DNA from: Haliotis rubra
Lineage: Eukaryota
Assembly (NCBI RefSeq): GCF_003918875.1
Contig: NW_025765678.1
Location: 1-64,000, forward strand
Direction: 5' to 3'
Length of the DNA stretch: 64,000 nucleotides
Shown: positions 26,256 through 40,112 of the stretch, piece after piece
How positions within the stretch are numbered: position 1 is the stretch's first letter
How the letters are laid out: the number at the start of each line of letters is the position of its first letter
The notes under the pieces: generated by a model
The model's database searches: none
The model's input: only the letters and a program-made list of their open reading frames with translations
What the model was told of the DNA's origin: nothing
Position numbers and translations under genes: made by a program

Positions 26256-26754
26256 GATGCTGTAACGCTGGCGGTGATTTTCCTGCTTGTGATAATTAAT
26301 GGTTTATAGGGCAAACTGCCCTGACCTACTTGTGATATCTTTAGATAGACCGTATGGTGTCTCTGTCGTGTACATATGTAAATATAGCGGTTTTACTCAC
26401 CACAGTTATTGATAACTGTTGTGTCTGTTACAAACAGTCTTGCCAAATCCTATGTGAAATCAGATATGAAATATCATATTACATGACGGACCGGCGTGTT
26501 CACATTACGTTGGTAAACATGTGACAAGGAATTGGACGTTGCGACACACTGTGTGTGGAATTTTACCTATCATGATTCACAGGACAGTTGCCCAATTCCA
26601 AACAACCGTCACACAATATGTCTTTGTTGCCATTTAAGGAAACTTTTAATGCTTTTGAATGTTTTATTATCACAGGGGAGGTTCTGTAAGCCAGTGGTGA
26701 CAGTGTTTGGTGGCCTTTCTTTTTGACCACGTTCGATTCCCCAAATGGATAAAT

Positions 26755-26985
26755 CATGTTGTTGATCACTGGATTGTCTTGTCCAGACGCGATTATTTAC
26801 AGACCGCCGCCATATAGCTGGAATATCAGGCGCGTAGCAAGCCAATATTTTCGTGTAAGCCCGATAGGTTGCAAACAACAATCAGGTGTAAGCCCGGGCT
26901 TTTTCTATAATGGTAGCTACGTCCCTGAATATTACTTAGTGTGGCGTAAAACTAAACTCCTGTGAACTCACTCACTCACTCACTC
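26755..26985 (+). mobile_element. 5'-truncated family A copy carrying a MITE
   Basis: Family A 3' half, flanked by ccaaatggata / ccaaacggata. Confidence 0.75.
26827..26927. mobile_element. 101-bp MITE with 5-bp TSD (hAT5-like?)
   Basis: TIRs CAGGCGCGTAGC / GCTACGTCCCTG; aatat duplicated on both sides. Confidence 0.65.
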
Positions 26986-28075
26986 CAAACGGATACAAAA
27001 TATGAAAATGTTCTTTGTCTCCCGGTTATCTAACCCAACTCACATGCAGTTATCATCATCGTTAACATCTGAAACGTCGAATTTATCAACATCATCATCA
27101 TCATCATTATTATCTACGTAGTTATTATCATAAAGATAAAATCCTTCTATAGCATTATCATCTACTCCGCATATTAGCTTGCCATAGAAAATCGCCTATG
27201 TAAGAGTCCTGTCACGTGGTGAACATTTCCTCCTCAGCATTAACGTGTGTATTCATGGGAAATGACGTCATAACTCCAGTCGGTAAAACTCAAGAGGATA
27301 TTTCACATCACTTGAGCTGTCAGCGAGATTATGGGTCAGGTTTCTGATATGTACAAACACAGCGGCGACCTGAGCAGAGAAGGAGGTCGCTGCCACGAAC
27401 ACATTGTGCTGCGGAAAACTTTACGTCGTGTGTTGAAATACTGACAGTTTCGCTTGTGCTAGAATGGACTGTTAATATTCCGTTGTGAGCTGGTATTACA
27501 GCGTGTAACTCTGATCCATCTGCAGTAAAATATCTTACGTTCCCTTTGAGTTGAAGATGCAAACACTGATAAATCCTTTAAAATTCCTGAGTGTAGAAAT
27601 GCGCAAACGTTACCAGGCCAATTAGGCTAGAAAACACAAGGGAGTGCATACACACACACACATTAAAGTGTCTTCAGCTTCACGTTCCAACGCAGCCATG
27701 TGAAGGCGTTCTCAGCTGTTCAAAGCTTGCCATGTGCTCAGCTGAATGTGTACTGCTGGTCATGTGAACATTTGCTCAGTTGAATATGTGAAGCTATTCA
27801 TGTGAAGGCGGGCTCATGCGAATGTGTAATTGGCTTTATGAAGGTGTGTGTAGTCACTCATAAGCACAGCACAGCGTCAGCTATGTAACCCACTTAGCCA
27901 CCTTGATACCTCGATACCTGACTAGACAAAAAATACGACAGTGTCAGCCTTATAGAATGCAAATATTTGAAAATATTTGGTTCCAACACTGACATTTGCC
28001 GTCTAAAGCACCGACACAGGTACATAGGTATGTGATTCTGGAACTACTCAGTACTGGCGTGAAAACACTGTTACA

Positions 28076-28232
28076 CAGTGTGCGAAATTGTTTTCCCAAA
28101 ATTTGCTATGCCTGACAGTTACTAGCCCATAAAATAATTTACTTGCCCGAAATTCGAATTCTGGGGATTAACTGGCCCGACTGAATTTTTACAAGCCACG
28201 GGCTAGCGGGCCAGTGGCTATTTCGGACACTG
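28076..28232. mobile_element. hAT-type MITE
   Basis: TIRs CAGTGTGCGAAAT / ATTTCGGACACTG; 8-bp TSD ctgttaca / gtgttaca. Confidence 0.7.
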
Positions 28233-29539
28233 GTGTTACATATGTATTACTACCCTTCGCCTGAGGGACGTTGAACAGACAGGACACCGAGTTCCTGACC
28301 CGTGTGTTAACCACTTAGGTGTTCACATTGTATACTTACTGCAATATATACTTGCAAGAGTAAAATCTACCCCAGACTCGGTCAACATGGCACGTGTTTT
28401 AAAATGGCGCTTTTTTATAATAACCAATAGGAGCAGCATTATGTGACAACTATAATTCAACTGACAATAGACTATATCTACACTCACAAACATTCAGCAG
28501 TAGGTTTTTCTGTTGTGACTGTTCCTACGCTTACCCCAACTCAATGCCGGTTTCACGACCCGAATGAACATTTTTTTAGGGCCTTGTGAAACCTTGCTGA
28601 TTTCGTGTTCTGTTGTGTGTTGCGCACGTGCATCCCACATGTTTATAAACGATGGTCTATCCAGTTATTGGTGACTTTTAAGAGGAATGTCAATGGTGTT
28701 TGAGTTTGTCTATCGTGTGGCTTGCAAATGTATACATAGTCTGTCAGCCAAACTTTTGGGACACCCCCTTTGTCAAATATCTTCAACATGAGACCAACTG
28801 ACCTCATGCCATTAACGTATATCTTAATGATCCCCATTGACTCAGTGTTCGCGGTAGGTTTTTAACGAGCGCGTACAGAAATAAAATTATAGTTTTGAAA
28901 TAGTGTGAAATTTTCATTAAAATAACATCATTATCATAACAAATAAGTCTAATTACATGCTTTAACTTACGTTCCGGTGTTTGAATATAATGAACGATCA
29001 TTATGTGACTGCAGTTTGCCTATCCCGGGTGGAAGTCACTCCCTGTCTACCGACGATCGTTAATAGTGGTTTTACATACCGATCCTATTACTGATAATAT
29101 TAGTATTTGTAAACTGGGCTTTGGTTGGTTGAAATGCACAACTTCCATTGAATTCCTTCGACTGTAACCAATGACATCCTGTGTCTGTGATTAGTTATTC
29201 CCTTGTACGTTTGACATATAATACGGCATACGAAAGACGTATTTTTTTTGGGGGGGGGCAAGTTCGTTGACAAGAGGATAGATGTTGACCTGGGCGAGAT
29301 TATCCCAAATATCGTCACGAGTAACGGATACCCGAAAGTCAACTATAAAAGCCCTATGACTGCTAATGGTGTCGACTGATCAGACATAACCGACTTACAT
29401 GGACAAATATAATAATATGATGTTATTGTTTTGAAAACCGTGTATGTATTAAAGATAACCCAAGTTGTTATTGTGGAAATATTTGTGAAAATTCTTATTA
29501 TCTCTCTGAATGTCAATTATATTCAGTTTAGAGAGAAGT

Positions 29540-30087
29540 GACTAATTACGCGGTATTGTTAATAACAATATAAATTGTGAGTTAGTATTACATGGCAACG
29601 TAATTCACCTCAAAGAAACCATGTTTAGAATTGTTTAAACTTACATTTGTCAATCAAGAAGATTCTTTTAATTCGTGCAATACGTAAGTCCCAAAGTTAT
29701 TCGTCCCATCTTTTTAGTCGTAGAATATATGTGCTTTTATGTATGGCTAATTTTGTCTAAATTGGGGCTAAATTTTCCTACAATCGCCAGTGGCTGAAGG
29801 GATGGTGTAAATCCAGCTAGGGTCCAAGCAGGAAGCAAATGTACCTTAAGTCCCCATGGTCCGTAGTATGGTGATCTACCTTCAATTGTTGTCAATATAT
29901 AGCCTGTTTTTACATTGTTTTGCCTTCTATGTTTTAAACTATAGTTAATAGATTTTAGGTTTTCACATTCGTTTTATATCTTTATCTGTGATATTCTAGC
30001 TGTTTTACTGTCCTTTAACAATTTAATCTATAATATTACAAATCTGCAACTTGAGATGTGACTATAAGCATAAACTCACTCACTCAC
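29540..30087 (+). mobile_element. I-group LINE 3' UTR fragment (old)
   Basis: GGCTGAAGGGATGGTGTAAATCCAGCTAGGG block and TCAC tail. Confidence 0.75.
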
Positions 30088-33000
30088 CAATCCAGCTACC
30101 TTACTGTAGTACGAGGCGGGTAGGAGCATTACTCGAGTAGTAAAATGCTACTCGAGTACCCGTCCAAGAAGACTTACCTACCCTAGGCAGTTTAATAACA
30201 TAAAGCGTTCAGAATTAAAAAATAACTGAAGGTCGAAAATGTATATGTAAATCAGTTGTATTTCTTCCCATCGGAAGAGCGTATTTATCCTTTTCATGCC
30301 AGATGACGTTATCTTACTTACAATACATATTATACCTCGTTCAACCATTGGTCTCATTAGGTAGCGTTTCGAGATTACGCTTTGCTGATATTTTTCATAC
30401 GTCACTTGACATGAATTTCAGGTTACTGCCCTGCTAACGCACGTCGGTTCCAAATGAAATCCCGTGCTTTGGGCTCCTCACAAAGCTATAACAACGTTTC
30501 TCATAACTGGGTGTCACGATTGAGTTTTCTGTAAAACTTTTCACTTCGAGATTTTTTTTCTTCACTATTCAGCGACAGCTTCAGTAAACACACGACCAAA
30601 TCAACATGCAAATTGACGAGTAACCCATGAAGTGAATTTCTGCTTGGTTTCATATGTACTGTTACTACTGGGAAAACTATTCAACTATTAACGTTAAATA
30701 GAACGTTAGACAACGTAAAATATGTCAGCATCAAATAATTTACCCCGTGGCGACGTAGAAATGATGTATGACAAGGTAAATGGGAGTCCACAGAATAACG
30801 TTGTAACAATGAAAGTATAACGTTATGACAACGTGAATGTTATTTGGGTGAAAAACTGAACTTTAATAATCAAGGTTGATAACTCTGGTAGCATGATATA
30901 TGCTATTGTTTTTTCATTCATTTTCTTTTAAACAATGCATGTTTCAAAAGGCCCAAAGCAAATACACAACAAAAATAAAAATAGAATTTATAAGCTACAT
31001 TGTAGAAAGTGGTACGAGCTACGAACAATCGTTTAATTTAGTCTATTATTTTAAGTCAAACCTCTAAGAAAAGTTAGGAAATATCTGAAAACATACGTAA
31101 ATCCGGTCATGCCATGTATTTCCTACTGTATTTACCTTTATTTCAATGGTTTACTATCCGGCTTTTGGTCCTGTGATTGGATCCAGAACTATCTCTTCCA
31201 GATTGCCGGGCGATAGTTCTATTTTCACAGAAGAAGCTAACGCCATGATTGGTATTCATGTGCATCGCGAAATATCCGTTACTGTGTATTCTCATTAATT
31301 ACATAACGAATGGGAATGGAATCGTCCTAGGGTACGTTTCTGTATTCTCATTATGGCCAGGGTACATATCTGTATACAGAAACGTACCTGGGGTACATAT
31401 CTGTAGTACCCGTGCCGACAACGACCCCTTCAGCCATAATTGGAATATTTTTGCACTGCATGTGACCTTCCTTAATAGTCTCACAGTGCCTGAACAATTT
31501 TATTTCTCCATTCGCACAGCCTTTCCTGTAATAACGCCATACATAAACTTTAAAGTTGTCCACATTTGTTTCACTAACGCAAAAGTATACGATAACAAAC
31601 AATGCCTTATCAAATTATATATTCTGTGAGACATGAAATGAAAAATTGTTTTTATCTTGTAGTAATTATCACCGGATAGCACAGGCGGGTGCGATCTCTG
31701 AGTATATCATAGGCATGTTGGATCTCCGTGCCTTTTGAGAAATTCGTCTTGATTGTCCTGTTTAAATTGACGATCCATAAACTCAGATTGCGAGTAAATA
31801 TCACGTAAGTAATTGTGATGTTGCATTGCTGTAAATTTCCCTGTCGGAGAAGTCATTCTCACAAGTTATATATTCCCTTGTTTGGAGAAGGTCTATGGCT
31901 ATTACGCCCCAGTGTTGCTAAACATCTTGTAGGCCTTTAGTCTGACACAGACGCAGACCTCCCATGTTCAAGTTCAGATCTGACAGAGGCTGACAATATC
32001 GTTCCGACATGAATACAATATCTCAGTGGGTTATTGTTTTCCTAAGTAAGTGGAGTGCTTTCTACAATATTGGAGATAATTGTATCGTTGTCCTTCTGAT
32101 ATTCCCCCGAACGGAAGTTCTACCCATTTAGGGTACAATGTGTAGGTTACAGAATTGTAGGGAATAGTCTTAAGACCATCAAAACTTTGACCAGCATTCT
32201 TCGAACTTGTAACATTCGTTTGAGAAGATCAAAAGAGAAAAGGGTAGTGCGCGATGTATCTGACGGACGTATATGGAGAATGTTCGAAGAACTTTATAAA
32301 TACAATAATAGAAATACCGGCATTTACATATGTTACACATGTTAGGAAACACATGAAAACAATGGCCAGATTTACAAACCTGTGAAATACATGTAAATGC
32401 AGAGTTGAATGTTCGTAAATTTTAACACCCCATTAAACGTGTGTAAATCTGACGGCCAGATGAAACGTAGATTTCAAACGTTGTTCATATGGCCGCCGGA
32501 TGAAACGAATATTTCCTTACGTTAGTAAATTTGGGTAACACAGTCATTTTGTGTGGTGAATGACAGTGGCACAAGCCACTGTGCCACTATCCTTGGACCC
32601 ATCAGTAAATACGGATTTGTATGTATTAAATTTACTTTTTAGCTGATTATATTCTTGTTTATATTGTAATTCATTAGTTTCAGATTTCTTAAACTTTGTC
32701 AGAGTTAGGTCAACTTCAGGCCTCACTAGTTGCCAAGGAGGAGAAGAAAGAAGACGGGAAGGACATATATTTTCAAGCTCAATGCCGGCAGCAGAAATGA
32801 ATGGTTTAATTCTTAGCCCAAGAGGCGAAACAAGAGAAGGCTTTTTGTTGTATAAATCCTCATAAAGAGGATTGAAAACACAGATAAATGCAGGATTCGA
32901 CTCGTTAGAATAGAGTTTTGTTATATATTGTAATGATAATTTCATACGGCGTTGATTAAGGGATGGCTCATCAGTTTCAACATAGAGACTGTCAACAGAA

Positions 33001-34094
33001 GTTCTAAAAGACCCAAGACAAAGCCTTAGGCCTTGGTGGTGGACAGAATCAAGTAGTTAAAGTTTGCTTTTGCAGGCTCCACAATATACGATGGAGTCAT
33101 AATCAAGTTTAGATCGCACCAGTGATTTATTTAAGTGAAGGAGGGTAGTTTGATCCCCTCCCCACTTTGAATTGGAGACAACCTTTAACAAATCGAGTGC
33201 CTTCAGGCATTTAGCTTTAAGGTATTTAATATGTGGCAGGAATGTTAAATGGGAATCGAAAATTAGGCCCAAGATTTTAGCCTCCTTTACAACTTTGACG
33301 GGAGTGCCATTTAAAGATAGTTCTTGGTCCTTATGAGGCTTATATTTACGGCAGAAATGTATACAATTAGTTTTTGATTTAGAAAATTTAAAACCGTTTA
33401 AAGACACCATTTATTTATTTTGTTTAAACATAACTGCAGTTGCCGTTCAATAGTATGCATATTTTTACCACGACAAGAAATATTGAAATCATCCTCAAAT
33501 AATGATCCATCCATTGAATCATTTAAAACCGTTGATAAACTATTGATCTTGATGCTAAACAGCGTGACAGACAGAATACCGCCTTGAGGGACACCCTAAT
33601 CCTGATTGTAATGATCAGACAGGGTTGAACCCACTCCGACTTGAAATTGCCTGTCTTTTGAAAACTGTGATATAAAACGAGGCAAACGGCCTCTTAAACC
33701 AACATCATGTAAATCCTTCAAAATGCCATGCTTCCAGGTCGCATCATAAGCTTTCTCAAGATCAAAGAAAATTGATACAGCATGTTGTTTATTTACTATA
33801 GCATTTTTCACTAAGGACTCTTAAACGTACCAAATGATCAATGGTACTACGATTTTTCCTGAAACCACATTGGATATTTGTTATAAGGTTATTGGTTTCA
33901 AGATACCAAGTTAATCTATTATTCACCATACGTTCCACAGCTAGTTTGAGATATAGGTGTGTAATTCGACGGATCTGTATGATCGCTGCCAGGTTTTGGT
34001 ATTGGGACAACAATGGCATTACGCCATGAAGGAGGAAATTCTCAAGACGTCCAAATTTGGTCAAATATATCTAAAAGTGTCATCAGGCACCACT

Positions 34095-36074
34095 TATGTA
34101 TAATCTTGGCGAAATTCTCCCAATACACAAAGGTAAAGGGAAAAGCAAAATTGATCCATCTAATTACCGTGGTATAACGTGAACATCTACGCTGAGTAAG
34201 CTCCTTGAACGTCTGCTCCTAGATAGAATTGAGAAATGGACAGATAATAACACTTCCTTCCCCAACCCTTTCCAGTTTGGCTTCAGAAAACAGACAGGAG
34301 CTGAGATGGCAGCGCTTACACTTACTGAAACAATTGCATATTACAATGAAAAGAATTCACCAGTATACTGTGCTTTTTCTCGACAATGAGAAAGCGTTTG
34401 ATCGTGTGTGGCTTGATGGCCTATGTTATAAATTAGACAAACTTGGTATATCTGGTAAAATGTGGAGACTCCTTCGTTTATCTTATATGTCTATGCAGTC
34501 TTATGTTGGTTTTGCAGAGTTCAAATCGAACAAATTTCATGTTAAACAAGGTGTCGGGCAAGGCCGTGTTATATCAGCGTGGCTTTTTGCACTGTACATA
34601 AATGATTTATTATATGATCTCAATAGACAAGTTGTGGATTATGCCTCCCATGGGAAAAATGTCCTGGCTTATTGTTAGCTGATGACACAACTCTTACCAG
34701 TTCCAACCCCAAGGGACTACAATGTTTGCTAGATATAACTGAATGTTATGCAAACAAATGGAAGCTGAAATATAATGTAAGTAAGAGTGCTGTATTGATG
34801 CTTGGTAACAACAAAAATGTATCGCCCAATTACCTTTTATTCTGTAATATCCATGTACCCGTAAAAAAACTCATTGTTTATGCCGGAGTGTATTTTACTA
34901 CTTCCAAATCATCTGTTCATAGAACAGGTACTGCTTGTGAGAAACTGAGAAAAATGATTAATATAAATCATGACTCAGGGTTGCATTTTGGAGGATTAAA
35001 TCCTATTGCTGCAATTCGTATATGGGATAGAGTTATACTGCCATGCTGCCTATATGGATGCAGTGTATGGGGGAAGCTATCTCATAAAGAATATGATATG
35101 TTGGAAACCACACAACGTTATTTCTGTAAAAGAATGCAGGTTTTTGATAGGCATATGCCTAATGAAGTTGTTGTGGATAACCTTGGTATTTTATCATTAC
35201 AATCTTATATAGATCAACGTTCTCTGTTGCTACTTGGCAGATTATGTAACAGCAGTATTTAGTTTTCTTTCAAACAGCTGTTTTTACATAGAATCTTGCA
35301 ATGTGACAATGAACTTATGATTGGCAGAAAGCGTAAACGAGATATGAAATATCCTATATTTCAAACGTTGGAATTATCAGCTAAATATGGTATCCAGGAA
35401 GAAATAAAACAATATGTAGTATGTTCTAAATTTTTATGTAAAAGGAAATGGTCAAGAATCGTACAGGAAAAGGTCTTACAATGTGATAAAAAAGCAGCAG
35501 AGTATGCCATTCAGTCAAGGCTGTCATTGATACGGTATCACTCATTAAGATCGGACGGTGTAAATCGACTATGGCAACTGGCCCTTGACAGACCAAGGTA
35601 CTATAAACGTATTGGTTTTCTTATTAAACTGGGTTCTGTCCCCATTCAGTCGAAGGAATGTGAGTGTGGTACTGTGGCGCACGATATTTTAAAGCACGTC
35701 TTTATGACTTGTAAGATTAATTTTGCTGAAAGAAATGTCTTATTTGAACACATTTGTGACTTACTTGATGATAATATGTTTGTAGAATTATGGACCTACG
35801 ATGATGAAGATAGATTTCTAAAATTTCTACTTGGCGGAATACCGGAAGATGTACAGGACCAGCTAAACTATGATGTGTGGGCAAATGATGTGTCTCAAAT
35901 TCTGTATCTAAATGGAAAAATATTTAAAACTGTTGTATTTCACCTTACCAACCTGTATAAATTCTTTCATGTGCATTTCTGTTGTATCATGTACCATTAA
36001 TATGACTGAATAATATACATATACATTTGTAATCTTCAAACTATGGAGGAAATAAAGAATATCTATCTATCTAT
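34095..36074 (+). mobile_element. 5'-truncated decayed LINE (RTE-X/CR1-like), nested antisense
   Basis: SNYRGIT, FLDNEKAFDRVW, GVGQGRVISAW, LADD; AATAAA plus (TATC)n tail. Confidence 0.85.
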
Positions 36075-37337
36075 CTTCATTTGATTCGAAATAAACTTTT
36101 GTCTTTCCTGTTGTTTCTGATATCTCTGAAACTCAGGGACATAATTTGGCGACGAAGAATGTTTGGCAAGAGTTTCGCCAATTTTATTTGCAATTTTAGA
36201 CTTGTAGGTAATTAAATTTTCACCATCTTTAAGATGGTGAACAGCAGATTTTGCACCTTTGCCTTTAATTCTCTGAACCATATTCCAAACCTTGGACATG
36301 GGCGTGCGTGAATTAATTTTGGAGACATAATTTCTCCAAGATTTCCGTTTGTTTTGTTTGAAGGTACGACGCGCCTTTGCATTGAGTATTTTAAATTTAT
36401 TTAAGTTATGGACAGTTGGATGATGGCGGAAATAATGCTCTGCCTTTTTCCTCGCTTTTCTGGCTTGTCTACCATCTGTATTAAACCATGGTTTTCGTAC
36501 ATGTGGAGTCGTAGAGGACTTGGGAATACACTCATCAGCTTTTTCATTTAAAACGTCAGCAAAAGTTTGAATGGGATCAGTTATATCACTAAAACATTCA
36601 GGTCGCAGTTTCGATTTACAAATAGTTTGATATACAGACCAGTTAGCCTTCGAAAAGTTCCATCTTGTATATGATGGAGAATCAGATGGAGTTATTTCTG
36701 AAAGGATAGTTGGGAAGTGATCACTTCCACAAAGGTCATTATGAACAGACCAGTCAAATTCATTCAGGAGGTTAGAATCTGCAAGAGACAAATCCACACT
36801 GTGTGTGTGTTACGTAAGCCATGGTTAATTTTTCAATGTTCGTCATCCGAGCTCCCCACCCACCACGGAGTATCACACGGACAATGCTAAAAGCAAGCGG
36901 ATCTCCGACTTGCAGCACCAAGGATACCCGGATGATTACTCTAGCAGGTAAAATAAAAGATTAATGATTCCACCAGATTGGCCCATGAGCCACCGCCTTC
37001 TGGACATACAACTCTAGGCAAAAAACATACATGAATTTGTATATGTGAAGTTTGAAGTTAAAAAATTCGCCAAGACTTAAAAATATCATGTAATAATTCT
37101 CAAACATTTTGTGCAATAGTAAATAGTTGTAGCAAAGGGCTTGGCGTGACCAGCCGATTGATAGAACCGGGCAAGTTCTACCACCCGTCTTGGTGAAGTA
37201 AGGGGCGAAGTGGTGTGTTGGGCAAAGGAACGCTATTCCTGGAACCAGTGCCCTCAACCACCAGCCTCCCGTCCTCCACCGACACAGGGGCGCAACCCAC
37301 GGCAAACGGGTTGGTGGACCAAATATACCCCGGGGGT

Positions 37338-37396
37338 TGAAGAGCGCTTAGCGTTACCCAGCACCCACCCCGAGGAGGTGGCTGTTCACGGGTGCC
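37338..37396 (-). ncRNA. HDV-like self-cleaving ribozyme candidate at the LINE 5' end
   Basis: GGCACCC-GUGAACAGCC-ACC-UCCUCGG-GGU-GGGUGCU-GG-GUAACG-C-UAA-GCGCUCUUCA. P1 (7 bp with G1.U37), P3, L3, P1.1, J4/2 GCUAA and P2 are all assignable. Confidence 0.75.
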
Positions 37397-37619
37397 GTGT
37401 CCAACAAAGAAATACTTACTTCATTCATAAAGGTTACAACAAGAAAAAAATTAACGCAGCCAATATCAATGCAAGAAGACCACAGTAGTTATATGGTAGG
37501 TGAAATTATTCTCCAGTGTCCACCATTGTTGGTTCGCAATTCGGGTGTTTACAATTTCAAGAAACAAATAACTAATTTTGATTTTTCTGAATGAACAATG
37601 ACTCATTACCACAAACATA

Positions 37620-38510
37620 ACCATGCATTATACCACAGGCAGAGCATGTCTTACCATAAGCAGAGCATGTCTTACCATAAACAGAGCAGGTCTTACAACA
37701 AACAGATCTACGCCTTACCACAAGCAGAGCATGCCCTACCACAAACAGATCCATGTCTTACCACAAATAGAGCATATCTTACAACCAACAAATCCACGCC
37801 TTACCACAGGCAGAGCATGCCTTACCACAAACAGATCCATGTCTTACCACAGATAGAGCATATCTTACAACCAACAAATCCACGCCTTACCACAGACAGA
37901 GCATGCCTTACCACAAACAGATCCATGTCTTACCACAAATAGAGCATATCTTACAACAAACAAATCCACGCCTTACTACAGGCAGAGCATGCCTTACCAC
38001 AAACAGAGCATGTCTTACCACAAACAGAGCATATCTTACAACCAACAAATCCACGCCTTACCACAGGCAGAGCATGCCTTACCACAAACAGATCCATGTC
38101 TTACCACAGATAGAGCATATCTTACAACAAACAAATCCACGCCTTACCACAGACAGAGCATGCCTTACCACAAACAGATCCATGTCTTACCACAAATAGA
38201 GCATATCTTAAAAAACAAATCCACGCCTTACCACAGGCAGAGCATGCCTTACCACAAACAGATCCATGTCTTACCACAAATAGAGCATATCTTACAAACA
38301 ATCCATGCCTTACCACAAACAGAGCATGTCTTACCACAAACAGAGCATATCTTACAACAAATAAATCCACGCCTTACCACAGGCAGAGCATGCCTTACCA
38401 CAAACAGATCCATGTCTTACCACAAATAGAGCATATCTTACAAAGAATCCACGCCTCACCACAAACAGAGCAATTCATAACTGCAGAGCCACATCTCACC
38501 AAAACAGATC
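37620..38510. repeat. Minisatellite of 21-22-bp monomers organised in an 86-bp higher-order repeat
   Basis: Variants of CTTACCACAAACAGAGCATG; the same monomer variant recurs at 37799 and 37885. Confidence 0.9.
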
Positions 38511-38547
38511 TGTGGCAGCATTGATCAGTATTCTCAAGATAACGCAA

Positions 38548-38607
38548 GCTACTACTACGACTACTACTACTCCTCCTACTCCTACTACTACTACTACTAC
38601 TACTACT
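38548..38607. repeat. (CTA)n microsatellite followed by a family C core fragment
   Basis: Direct reading; 38608-38670 matches 19750-19815. Confidence 0.8.
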
Positions 38608-39326
38608 GCGCTCGGCATTAATGGGTACAAGGACTGGTCGGCTCGGAGTCAGTATAATGTGTCTGAGTGGTGTACATGGAAAACCAGAGTCTCTTGGCGT
38701 ACTGTCAATTTACATTTAGGTATGCTCTTGTTGAATAGGCCGAATTGAGCACGTAGTGTGTGAGTGAGTGGGGACATTTCAGTGAATAATACAACCGATG
38801 ATATAGTCTATATTTTGTGTTGTAAATACGCCTTGTTTTATTCATAACATCACAGTGAACTGGCGATATAGTCATGCCTAACCACTTACAACAGATCCAT
38901 GTCTAACCACTCACAGAGCATATCTTACCACAGACAGAGTAATGTATCAATACAGTGCCACATCTTACCACTAACGTTGTTCTTTATCTTCGACCAGCAT
39001 TGATAATTTTTTTCAAGATGACGCGTTACAGTTCAACGTTAAAATCAAACTCACTCCTTTTGTGGCCTCAGTGTTACTGGGGTGGATCTGGTTCAGACAA
39101 TAAGTAATCTTAATCAACATGTAGCATTTCATGTCTCTCACCTTAAATTTCAGATTATTCTCAATACGATTTCTAACAATGTTCACGAAAACCAACGTGC
39201 ACTCGCTTGTGATGAACGGTTATGTTTCCAAACCTCTCCCTATACAGATGATATATAGAATTCGGTGATACACTTCCCTGTGTGAGGATGTAGAATGATA
39301 CGACGCTGCTCCCTCTCTATATATAG

Positions 39327-39491
39327 GGGGCGGTGGGGTAGCCTTGTGGTTAAGGCGTTCGCTCGTCACGCCGAAGACCCGGGTTCGATTCCCAACATGG
39401 GTACAATGTGTTAAGCCCATTTCTTGTGTCCCCCGCCGTGATATTGCTGGAATATTGCTAAAAGCGGCGTAAAACCAAACTCACTCACTCA
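39327..39491 (+). mobile_element. tRNA(Asp-like)-derived SINE family B, complete
   Basis: A/B boxes, GTC anticodon-like loop, (TCAC)n tail, TSD ctctatatatag. Empty sites at about 26245 and 54915. Confidence 0.9.
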
Positions 39492-39898
39492 CTCTATATA
39501 TAGATGCTGTAACGCTGGCGGTGATAGTCCTGCTTGTGATAATTAGTGGCGTACAGGTCACACTGTCCTGACAGACATGTGATTTCTTTACATAGACGTA
39601 TCGAGTCTCTGTACATGTGTAGATATATCCACATCACTTTCAAATTACTTGTCGCAGTCAGTTATCTGGCGTTTACTACCAAATCCTATGTTTAATCCGA
39701 TATGAAATTATATATCACGGGCATATTTAATACCCACTTACTATTCGTATCGAACCTATCCCTTATACTCCATGAGTACATGTCCTTTCGACGTAACTCT
39801 GATAAACGTGATCACGAACTGGACGTTGCAACACACTGTGTGGGAAATTGTAAACAGGTATGATTCACAGGACAGTTGCCCAATTCCAAACAACCGTT

Positions 39899-40112
39899 AG
39901 TGAGTGAGTTTAGTTTTACGCCGCTTTTAGCAATATTCCGGCAATATCACGGCGGGGGAGCGAGTGAGTGAATGTTGCTTTAAGCCGCATCAGTAATGTT
40001 GAAGCTATTCACGGGGGACATCAGAAATGGGCTCCACTCATTGCAGCCATATGAGGAATCTAACCCGGGGTTTCGGCGTGACAAGCGAACGTTTAAACTA
40101 CGAGGCTACCCC
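39899..40112 (-). mobile_element. Family B SINE with a second nested tail
   Basis: Reverse complement of family B; the paralogous copy at 55370-56550 is split by a MITE. Confidence 0.75.

Larger units (their letters stand above)
32545..37396 (-). mobile_element. I-group (Nimb-like) LINE retaining its 5' UTR; ORF1 and most of the APE deleted; interrupted by another LINE
   Basis: APE end (DLS...GSDHFP), RT (FFDLEKAYD, GVPQG), start of RNase H (FTDGSK). A probable ORF1 ATG near 36822 is followed immediately by the deletion. Confidence 0.85.

Noticed and set aside
30950-32500. Possible second Crypton-like relic
   Set aside because: Only vague peptide resemblance and no definable ends; not supportable without a search.
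37598-38429. Repetitive ORFs (MPYHKQ..., RACLTT...)
   Set aside because: Translations of a minisatellite whose 86-bp period shifts frame.
39327-39405. tRNA-Asp gene (likewise the tRNA-like heads at 10449 and 19630)
   Set aside because: No proper acceptor stem; the sequence continues into a SINE body and tail with a TSD.
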